Shown here piece by piece: positions 49,468 to 56,796 of a stretch of DNA of 64,000 nucleotides. A program made the position numbers and the translations under genes. Source of the DNA: a bacterium. Its GTDB lineage: Bacteria; Fidelibacterota; Fidelibacteria; Fidelibacterales; Fidelibacteraceae. Under the pieces are notes generated by a model, which saw only the letters and a program-made list of their open reading frames with translations, did not search any database and had not been told where the DNA came from. Position 1 is the first letter of the stretch; every line of letters starts with the position of its first letter. The DNA lies in contig OY781066.1 in the NCBI GenBank assembly GCA_963676395.1, positions 448,001-512,000 of the forward strand, in the 5' to 3' direction.

Positions 49468-49500
49468 ACTACTTTTACCATTTTTTTGGTTTTATCGTTC

Positions 49501-50028
49501 TTATTTCTCTTTTTCTACTTGAAGGTAGTCCAATTCAACCGGCGTTGAACGCCCGAAAATACTGACCATTACCTTCAACTTGCGCTTTTCTTCATTAACT
49601 TCTTCGACTACACCGGAAAAATCAACAAAGGGACCGTCAACCACCTTAACAGGTTCACCTACATTAAAAGGTGTCGCCATCACTTCGCGTCCGTCTTTCT
49701 TTTCAACTTCGCCAAGAATTCTTGCGACTTCTTTCTCTGTAAGAACCTGGGGAACACCCTTCGAACCGACGAAACTAATTACGCCGGAGATGTTCTCAAC
49801 AAAATATTTGGTTTCCGCAGACACATCCATCTTAATCATAATGTAACCGGGGTAGAAAACCTTTACCCGGGTACGTTTTTTCCCGTCTCGCATTTCCACT
49901 ACGTTTTCAGTGGGAACCAAGACGTTTTCGATGGATTCAGCAAATCCGCAAGCTTCAGCTTCGAACATAATGCGTTCTGCAACCGCTCTTTCTTTTCCGG
50001 ACAATGCTTTCAGGGTATACCATTTCAT
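49501..50028 (-). CDS. nusG: Transcription termination/antitermination factor NusG
   Basis: KWY...YPGYI, KOW DGPF.DF.G, IFGRSTPVEL. Confidence 0.96.
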   Translation of the reverse strand: MKWYTLKALSGKERAVAERIMFEAEACGFAESIENVLVPTENVVEMRDGKKRTRVKVFYPGYIMIKMDVSAETKYFVENISGVISFVGSKGVPQVLTEKEVARILGEVEKKDGREVMATPFNVGEPVKVVDGPFVDFSGVVEEVNEEKRKLKVMVSIFGRSTPVELDYLQVEKEK

Positions 50029-50032
50029 TGTA

Positions 50033-50230
50033 TTACATCCATTCGATTAATTTTGCGACGAGGGTACCAACACCCATGTCAACGATTGCGATGAACAGAG
50101 TGATAAGGATCGAAAAGATCAAAACCACACCCGTTGAGGATCTCAATTCATCCCAAGAAGGCCAATTTACCTTCTTCATTTCATAGCGAACTCCGCTAAA
50201 AAACTCTTTTATTCTGTCAAACAATTTCAT
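50033..50230 (-). CDS. secE: Preprotein translocase SecE
   Basis: EMKKVNWPS plus a single TM segment. Confidence 0.95.
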   Translation of the reverse strand: MKLFDRIKEFFSGVRYEMKKVNWPSWDELRSSTGVVLIFSILITLFIAIVDMGVGTLVAKLIEWM

Positions 50231-50252
50231 TCTTTTGTCCTCGTTTGTCTTG

Positions 50253-50325
50253 CAGGCCAGGAGGGATTCGAACCCCCAACTTGCGGTTTTGGAGACCGCT
50301 GCTCTGCCAGTTGAACTACTGGCCT
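50253..50325 (-). tRNA. tRNA-Trp(CCA)
   Basis: AGGCCAG...CTCCAAA...TTCGAAT...CTGGCCTG cloverleaf; canonical position before secE. Confidence 0.95.
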
Positions 50326-50334
50326 GACACTATT

Positions 50335-50499
50335 TTAGCGTGTTTCTTTATGATTTGTATGCTTTTGGCACCACGGGCAGTACTTTTTATATTCCACGCG
50401 TTGAGGATGTAAGCGTTTATTCTTTGTCGTAGTATAATTACGACGTTTACATTCCTCGCATGCCAAAATGATGTTATTGCGTATTTTTTGTCCTGCCAT
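50335..50499 (-). CDS. rpmG: 50S ribosomal protein L33 (zinc-binding type) with an S10-like N-terminus
   Basis: Not in the ORF track. Hand translation: [54 protein letters not shown]. Confidence 0.95.
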   Translation of the reverse strand: MAGQKIRNNIILACEECKRRNYTTTKNKRLHPQRVEYKKYCPWCQKHTNHKETR

Positions 50500-50521
50500 T
50501 GTACTCTAGCCTTTAATCTTA

Positions 50522-51715
50522 TTATTCAATAATTTTTGTTACAACACCGGCACCAACTGTACGACCACCTTCACGAATGGCGAAGCGTAGTTCTTCTTCC
50601 ATTGCGATTGGTACGATAAGTTCTACATCAGCTTCAATATTATCGCCGGGCATTACCATCTCTACACCGTCAGGTAACTTAATTGAACCTGTCACGTCTG
50701 TTGTACGGAAGTAGAACTGTGGGCGATATCCATCCATAAATGGAGTGTGACGTCCGCCTTCTTCTTTCTTCAATACGTAGAATTTGGCTTTGAATTTTTT
50801 GTGAGGAGTTATTGATTTAGGTGCTGCGACAACCATTCCGCGACGCAACCATTCTTTATCAATACCACGAAGCAATAAACCAGCATTGTCACCGGCTTCT
50901 CCGCGATCTAACAGCTTACGGAACATTTCCACTCCCGTACATACTGTCTTCTTACCTTCTTCGTCGATACCTACGATCTCTACTTCATCACCTACCGTGA
51001 TAACTCCACGTTCGATTCTTCCGGTTCCTACGGTACCGCGACCTGTAATTGAAAATACATCTTCAACAGGCATCAAGAATGGTTTGTCGATGGCACGTTC
51101 CGGTTCTGCAATATATGAATCTACAGCTTCCATCAATTCTATAATGCTTTTTGTCTTTTCTGCATCATCAGGATTGTTCAAGGCTTCCAAAGCTGAACCT
51201 TTAATGATTGGAATGTCATCACCGGGGAAATCATATTCGCTCAACAATTCGCGTAGTTCCATTTCTACCAGTTCCAACAACTCAGGATCATCAACCATAT
51301 CTACTTTGTTCATATAAACAACGATATAAGGTACGTTAACCTGATGTGCCAATAGAACGTGTTCACGTGTCTGTGGCATAGGACCGTCTGCAGCTGATAC
51401 TACCAAAATCGCACCATCCATCTGGGCTGCTCCGGTGATCATATTTTTAATATAATCGGCATGTCCCGGACAATCAACGTGGGCATAGTGTCTGCTCTCT
51501 GTTTCGTATTCAACGTGAGCGGTGGCAATTGTGATACCACGTTCGCGTTCTTCAGGTGCATTATCAATACTGTCAAAAGAACGAACTTCAGCGCCGCCAG
51601 CTTTTGCCAATACTGTTGTAATTGCAGCTGTCAATGTTGTTTTACCATGATCCACGTGACCTATCGTTCCGACGTTCACGTGGGGTTTAGTACGTTCAAA
51701 TTTTTCTTTAGCCAT
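50522..51715 (-). CDS. tuf: Elongation factor Tu (tRNA-linked copy)
   Basis: Second full-length 397-aa EF-Tu, downstream of tRNA-Thr. Confidence 0.98.
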   Translation of the reverse strand: MAKEKFERTKPHVNVGTIGHVDHGKTTLTAAITTVLAKAGGAEVRSFDSIDNAPEERERGITIATAHVEYETESRHYAHVDCPGHADYIKNMITGAAQMDGAILVVSAADGPMPQTREHVLLAHQVNVPYIVVYMNKVDMVDDPELLELVEMELRELLSEYDFPGDDIPIIKGSALEALNNPDDAEKTKSIIELMEAVDSYIAEPERAIDKPFLMPVEDVFSITGRGTVGTGRIERGVITVGDEVEIVGIDEEGKKTVCTGVEMFRKLLDRGEAGDNAGLLLRGIDKEWLRRGMVVAAPKSITPHKKFKAKFYVLKKEEGGRHTPFMDGYRPQFYFRTTDVTGSIKLPDGVEMVMPGDNIEADVELIVPIAMEEELRFAIREGGRTVGAGVVTKIIE

Positions 51716-51761
51716 CGTAGTATTCTCCTATAGAGTTTTACTTTAACTTAATTTTCAATTG

Positions 51762-51835
51762 AGCCCTTGACCGGATTTGAACCGGTGACCTCATCCTTAC
51801 CAAGGATGCGCGACTACCGACTGTGCTACAAGGGC
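51762..51835 (-). tRNA. tRNA-Thr(GGT)
   Basis: GCCCTTG...TTGGTAA...TTCAAAT...CAAGGGCT; extra C in the D-stem. Confidence 0.9.
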
Positions 51836-51837
51836 AT

Positions 51838-51876
51838 AAAAAAAGCCCATAACCGAAAACATGCGATTACAGGCTT
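51838..51876 (-). terminator. Intrinsic terminator inside the tRNA cluster
   Basis: 13-bp stem AAGCCTGTAATCG/CGGTTATGGGCTT (3 G-U pairs) and a run of 7 U after GGGC. Confidence 0.8.
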
Positions 51877-51887
51877 AATTAGCTTGC

Positions 51888-51945
51888 GGCGTGTTTTCTG
51901 GTGCATACGAGCTTTACATTTACAAAGCTCTCCCAGGTCTCTGCC
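51888..51945 (-). ncRNA. Candidate structured RNA domain upstream of the terminator (attenuator or sRNA)
   Basis: Nested stems GGC/GCC, CTGG/CCAG and GAGCTTT/AAAGCTC; family not recognised. Confidence 0.4.
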
Positions 51946-51956
51946 AAAATTTCAAG

Positions 51957-52027
51957 AGCGAGTGATGAGAATCGAACTCACATAGTCAGCTTGGAAGGCT
52001 GATGTTCTACCATTGAACTACACTCGC
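51957..52027 (-). tRNA. tRNA-Gly(TCC)
   Basis: GCGAGTG...CTTCCAA...TTCGATT...CACTCGCT. Confidence 0.95.
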
Positions 52028-52068
52028 GGCACGAGTGCCAAGTTCATATGATCTCAACACACGCAATG

Positions 52069-52151
52069 TGGGCCAGGATGGATTTGAACCACCGTAGACT
52101 TCCGTCGTCAGATTTACAGTCTGATGCCATTGACCACTCGGCCACTGACCC
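52069..52151 (-). tRNA. tRNA-Tyr(GTA)
   Basis: GGGTCAG...CTGTAAA, long variable arm, TTCAAAT, CTGGCCCA. Confidence 0.95.
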
Positions 52152-52165
52152 ATTTTATTGTGCGG

Positions 52166-52238
52166 AGCCTCTAGCCGGAGTCGAACCAGCGACCAACGGT
52201 TTACAAAACCGTCGCTCTACCATCTGAGCTATAGAGGC
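52166..52238 (-). tRNA. tRNA-Thr(TGT)
   Basis: GCCTCTA...TTTGTAA...TTCGACT...TAGAGGCT. Confidence 0.95.
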
Positions 52239-52244
52239 TTGTGT

Positions 52245-52288
52245 TTCAAAAAGCCAAGAAATATAAGAAATAATTCGAGATGTGCAAA
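52245..52288 (-). promoter_or_regulatory. Promoter of the tRNA-tuf operon
   Basis: TTGCAC-16nt-TATATT followed by TCTTGGCTTTTTGAA, the same start-site motif as the rrn promoters. Confidence 0.7.
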
Positions 52289-52415
52289 TAGTTTATCGCA
52301 ATTTTTTAAATATTTTTTCATCAGACAAAGCTTTAAATATGATAGAATCACTAATAATATCTAATCCTTAGCGGTATACAAAAATATCCATTAATCCGAT
52401 CTGAATTTCGTGTTT

Positions 52416-52445
52416 GAATTTTGATTTATTACTTAATCAAAATTC
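52416..52445. repeat. 11-bp AT-rich inverted repeat
   Basis: gaattttgatt-8nt-aatcaaaattc downstream of the thioesterase gene; could be a terminator or an operator. Confidence 0.4.
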
Positions 52446-52553
52446 TTCAATCAAGATCGAGATGCATCATTTATAACTCGATATTAAAATTTGCTTATTC
52501 AATTGTTCGATTGCAGTTTCCATCGTCCTCTCCTCCACTCTCCACTCATCTTC

Positions 52554-53003
52554 TCAATGTTCAACACTCATTTTCTTTCGCGCTAATGCATTCTCCCAGC
52601 GTCTCTTTTGATCTTCGCTTTCAGGTGTCAACTTAGGCACTTCAATAGGATTCCCTTTATCACACATGGCAACCATTGTAAAGTAACAGGAAATACTATG
52701 TCGTTTGGTATTGCTTTTAAGGTCTTCGGCAATCACTTTTATACCAACCTCCATAGATGTTCTACCGGTATAATTAACCGAAGCATAAAATGTAACAAGC
52801 TCGCCAACATTTATGGGTTTTTTAAATAGTACCTTATCAACACTTAGAGTTACTACATAACATCCGGCATATCTGGCTGCACATGCGTAGGCAGTTTCGT
52901 CCATAAGTTTTAACATCTGACCTCCATGAACCTTTCCTGAGAAGTTCGTCATATCCGGGGTCATCAGCTTGGTCATTTCGAGCGTTGGTTTGCGATTGTT
53001 CAT
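52554..53003 (-). CDS. Acyl-CoA thioesterase (hotdog fold, YciA-like)
   Basis: NFSGKVHGGQMLKLMDE, TGRTSMEVG. Confidence 0.92.
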   Translation of the reverse strand: MNNRKPTLEMTKLMTPDMTNFSGKVHGGQMLKLMDETAYACAARYAGCYVVTLSVDKVLFKKPINVGELVTFYASVNYTGRTSMEVGIKVIAEDLKSNTKRHSISCYFTMVAMCDKGNPIEVPKLTPESEDQKRRWENALARKKMSVEH

Positions 53004-53188
53004 ATTGCCACCTTTATTCTTTATCGAATTTAAGCAAATATACTCAAAATACCATTTAATTATAATTGAAGGATTTAAGGGTTTAGTAAGTTGGGAATTG
53101 ATGCTAATAGACTATAATTACTTTTCACTTATTAAAAATGATTAATCCAATCTTCGTTACTAATTATTAATCTCAGTGATAGTACCTA

Positions 53189-55120
53189 TCAAATTCCCCC
53201 GTTCATTTTTCTGATAACCCAATCGGCAACTAACAATAGAAACAATAATAGATAAAGATAATACTGATCACGAAAAGTATAGGTTCGAGAAAGCATCGTT
53301 TCTTTGTCGTTTCTTTTTAGATCATAGACAAAGGTATCTAAAGAACCAGAGGAGATATACCTACCACGATTATTTGTGCAAAGCTTTTTAAGATCAATTT
53401 CATTTAAACCCAGGCGCGTCCTTTCAAGATCATTCAGCAAAATACTTACTTTTGCACTGTCTTCCGCAAGAATCTCTCCATTAACAAACAAACTAGCACT
53501 TAGTGAGTATTCTCCGGCTTCATCAATCTTTAGATATAATGTTTTACTGGCATCAGACGTCTCTATTCTCTTTTGCTCTGAACGGTTTGAATCCCGAAGT
53601 GATACAATGAGCTTATAGTCTTGCGATAAATCATCGGCAAGATCAAGATTAAAGCCAAGCGGCCTAAATGCAAAAGTGTTATACTCATTTTCATTAAATG
53701 AAAGTGTTTTTGCGCTTTTCGTTCCGATTAATTCTTCGATCATACCAATAAACAAATCTTCATACAGTCCATCCCAATCTTTATTGAAAGCGGCTAAATT
53801 CCATTTCCACAAACCTTCGGCATTCACTTGCAGTGCACCACCAACATCTACGATCACAGGATGAGCGTTTGAGTCTTCTAACAAAACTTTCCCGGCAGGT
53901 GCCTGACTTACAAGTTTCACAGGTGGTAACTGAGACCAATTTCGCATATTTTCAAATGGATCTGCATAGATCATTAACCAAGAACGATATGATTTAATCT
54001 TAAAATCTTCAGATGATATATACTCTCTGTTCTTATTTCTATAGAAAATTAAAGTCGGTGCGATTTCAAGTTCCGGAACAAGAAAACTTGATGAATTGGT
54101 AATAAATACATCCGGAGTCTCTTGAGGATGCTCCTCGTTCCATTCCTTATAATGATAGCAGTTATAACGATCAATATCATCCAAAACAAATTTCAACATT
54201 GCAATATCCCTATCGGGTGGATCTGCGTAAAACACAAGATTCAATGTCGCGGCTTTCACGGTAATAATCTCCTCGTGCAAAAGAACATTGTTATCCGTAT
54301 CGTTGTAACGCCACTTTAATAAATTATTTCCAATATTTTCAAATGCTATCTTTTGAGTGATCCCTACACTTCTGAAGGCACTAAGTTCATATACAGACTT
54401 GCTGATACTTTTATCCGCGAGCACTTCCAATTCGAATTTCACGCTTTTCTCAGAAGGATTATAGATCTCATACTTTACATCGACACTGTCGCCCTGTGAA
54501 ATATAACCCGGATAACGAAGAGAACGGATCTCGGGTAAAGCGCTTTCTGCTTTCTTTCCAACAGCGATAACATTGAGGTTTATGTTATTATTTATCTTAA
54601 GGGATGACAGATCTTCACCTAACCATGATTGACCATCGGTAACCAAAAACAGCTCATCATAAGGCGCCGCCTTTTCCGCAAAACGAATGAGTACAGAATT
54701 ATCACTCAATGTCTCTTTCCTGTCCATACGCCTGATTTGTCCCAAGCTGTAAATTTCGGGAACCGCCATATTTGAGATATGTGCGATATCTGCAGTCTTA
54801 TTGAGGTTCCGGTATAGGTCAGATCTTAAAATCTTATTTTGGGAGTAAGCTGAATCGGCAGACATGCTTTGTGACATATCCCATAAAAAGGCAAGCTTTG
54901 GCTGATATTTGGAAAAACGATGATGCTCAACACTTAAATCAAGCAATAATAAGATAAAGATAAGAATCGCAAAACTTCTTAAGATCACCAGAGTAACCTT
55001 TACCTGAGATGAATAAAAATCGCTCTTCAGTGAGCGATACAGGTAAAAAACGCCATATAAAAGAAAGATGGCCGCAAGCAGCCATAGAATTTTCGACGAT
55101 GTTACAGAAAATTCAAACAT
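53189..55120 (-). CDS. Membrane-anchored vWA-like domain protein
   Basis: Two N-terminal TMs, MIDAS-like DMSQS and VTDG, C-terminal TM ending DWVIRK. Confidence 0.6.
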   Translation of the reverse strand: MFEFSVTSSKILWLLAAIFLLYGVFYLYRSLKSDFYSSQVKVTLVILRSFAILIFILLLLDLSVEHHRFSKYQPKLAFLWDMSQSMSADSAYSQNKILRSDLYRNLNKTADIAHISNMAVPEIYSLGQIRRMDRKETLSDNSVLIRFAEKAAPYDELFLVTDGQSWLGEDLSSLKINNNINLNVIAVGKKAESALPEIRSLRYPGYISQGDSVDVKYEIYNPSEKSVKFELEVLADKSISKSVYELSAFRSVGITQKIAFENIGNNLLKWRYNDTDNNVLLHEEIITVKAATLNLVFYADPPDRDIAMLKFVLDDIDRYNCYHYKEWNEEHPQETPDVFITNSSSFLVPELEIAPTLIFYRNKNREYISSEDFKIKSYRSWLMIYADPFENMRNWSQLPPVKLVSQAPAGKVLLEDSNAHPVIVDVGGALQVNAEGLWKWNLAAFNKDWDGLYEDLFIGMIEELIGTKSAKTLSFNENEYNTFAFRPLGFNLDLADDLSQDYKLIVSLRDSNRSEQKRIETSDASKTLYLKIDEAGEYSLSASLFVNGEILAEDSAKVSILLNDLERTRLGLNEIDLKKLCTNNRGRYISSGSLDTFVYDLKRNDKETMLSRTYTFRDQYYLYLLLFLLLVADWVIRKMNGGI

Positions 55121-55125
55121 TATAC

Positions 55126-55386
55126 TTAACTCAAACCGCGTTTTCCGTGTTTTCGGGAAATTGTAATAATATGCTCAAACAATTCCATTACTTCGTTATC
55201 TCGGATACATTCTTTGGGCAAAGCTTTTAAATTGTTAAAGACTTCTTCTTCGCGTGAACCATCAAACACATCACGACCTTTTTCTTTTTTTATTTTACCA
55301 ATTTCAAAGGCAATACCCATGCGTTCATCCAGTAATTTTACGAGCTGCTCATCAATCTTATCGATGCGTTTTCTTAATTTGTCCAT
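55126..55386 (-). CDS. Chorismate mutase (monofunctional AroQ type)
   Basis: LRKRIDKIDEQLVKLLDERM...IGKIK...DGSRE. Confidence 0.85.
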   Translation of the reverse strand: MDKLRKRIDKIDEQLVKLLDERMGIAFEIGKIKKEKGRDVFDGSREEEVFNNLKALPKECIRDNEVMELFEHIITISRKHGKRGLS

Positions 55387-56622
55387 TTAATACTCACTTA
55401 AAGGTTCACTTAATTGATAATCACCAAAACCTGTATTATCAATAAAAATAAAACTGCGATTTACCGAATAATAATACCAGATCATATATGGTTTTGTATC
55501 CATCTCCATATAATGCTCTTCAGTGGCATCGGGTTCACCATAAATAATATAGATCATGCCCCGGTCAGACCGCCACCCTTCTCGCTGTCCCGAAAAACGC
55601 TGATTCGCCACATATACTCTGTAATAATATTCGTTCATCAACTCGTTCTCATCTGTACGAGGTGTCGGGTCAATTTTTTTCCATGTTTCTGTAAAGAATT
55701 TTTGTTGATCTTCACCTTCAGCATTTTGAATACGCTTAAATTCTCGTGAAGGAAAATAACCGGTAAAAGAAAGATAGCGCATTTGTTTAATTGCTTCTTC
55801 CAAATTAGGGATCAGGGCAGAATTACCTCCCCATTGAATCCTCATAGGAATATTGCGGATATAACGTTGTCCCATTATCTCTGTTTCAAGCGTTAAAAAA
55901 TATTGATTAAAATTTAAATCTTTTGTCACAACCGGGAATATATATTCATGCTTTTCTTCTATAAGATCAATTTTAAATTTCGCTTTAGAAGCGATCTCTT
56001 CACGATTGTGAACCGTATAGGTAAACTCATGAGCACCCGAAATACCACTGGCCGTAAAAGCTAAAAATATTGCTTCTGGCATATCCTTTTCAAATACCAT
56101 TTTAGAGGAATCTTTTACAAAATAAAGATCACCCAACATCCAAGATCCTTGAGCCAGTTGAGTCATATCGATCTCACGCACCTGTTTACGTCTATTTTGA
56201 GTTTTAAGGTCTGTAATTAATACTTCCAAACGATATTTTTTAGGAGGAAGGTCATACGTCTTTTTTAGACGAATCAATTTTTTCCTCGAGTTGGTCATTT
56301 TAAATTCCTGCAAGGTCATTTTTTCTATCCAGCTCTCGGAAACAACTTTTTTATTTTCCTCAAAGATCATGATCGACACATCGAATCTACCCTTAAACAG
56401 ATCATTTTTTTTTACAAAATGAATCTCATCATAAGGTAAGGTCAGCTCAATAGATAATTCACCTTTACCCAGTATAGATGAAGGTTTTATAACATGTTGG
56501 ATCTTATATTCCGGCCCGATCTTCCATTTTCCACCATCACGGATTTGAGCATGCAATACCGAAAAAGCGATGTTCAGTACAAAGAAAAGAAATAATAATT
56601 TTGGTGTTTTATTTTTCATCAT
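55387..56622 (-). CDS. GWxTD domain-containing secreted protein
   Basis: Signal peptide; W...DPTP.T..NE...EYY.R...AN..F...GWRSDRG.IYI.YGEPD. Confidence 0.85.
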   Translation of the reverse strand: MMKNKTPKLLFLFFVLNIAFSVLHAQIRDGGKWKIGPEYKIQHVIKPSSILGKGELSIELTLPYDEIHFVKKNDLFKGRFDVSIMIFEENKKVVSESWIEKMTLQEFKMTNSRKKLIRLKKTYDLPPKKYRLEVLITDLKTQNRRKQVREIDMTQLAQGSWMLGDLYFVKDSSKMVFEKDMPEAIFLAFTASGISGAHEFTYTVHNREEIASKAKFKIDLIEEKHEYIFPVVTKDLNFNQYFLTLETEIMGQRYIRNIPMRIQWGGNSALIPNLEEAIKQMRYLSFTGYFPSREFKRIQNAEGEDQQKFFTETWKKIDPTPRTDENELMNEYYYRVYVANQRFSGQREGWRSDRGMIYIIYGEPDATEEHYMEMDTKPYMIWYYYSVNRSFIFIDNTGFGDYQLSEPLSEY

Positions 56623-56753
56623 AATAAAATTAGCGGTTATTGATTAAAAAAACAATTAATAAACATGCAAATAAAAGATTCGTTCCCCAATTATACAAGT
56701 AAGGAGTATGCGGTAGTTAATTAAATTAGGTATTCAATTTACAATCTTCAATT

Positions 56754-56787
56754 AAAAAGGTCTCAACTTCTTTTCGAAATTGAGACC
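56754..56787 (-). terminator. Intrinsic terminator after the CPBP gene
   Basis: GGTCTCAA...TTGAGACC followed by TTTTT. Confidence 0.8.
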
Positions 56788-56796
56788 CTCTTACTC

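Noticed and set aside
50253..52238. Integrative element at a tRNA 3' end
   Set aside because: There is no integrase or transposase and no duplicated tRNA 3' fragment long enough to be an att site
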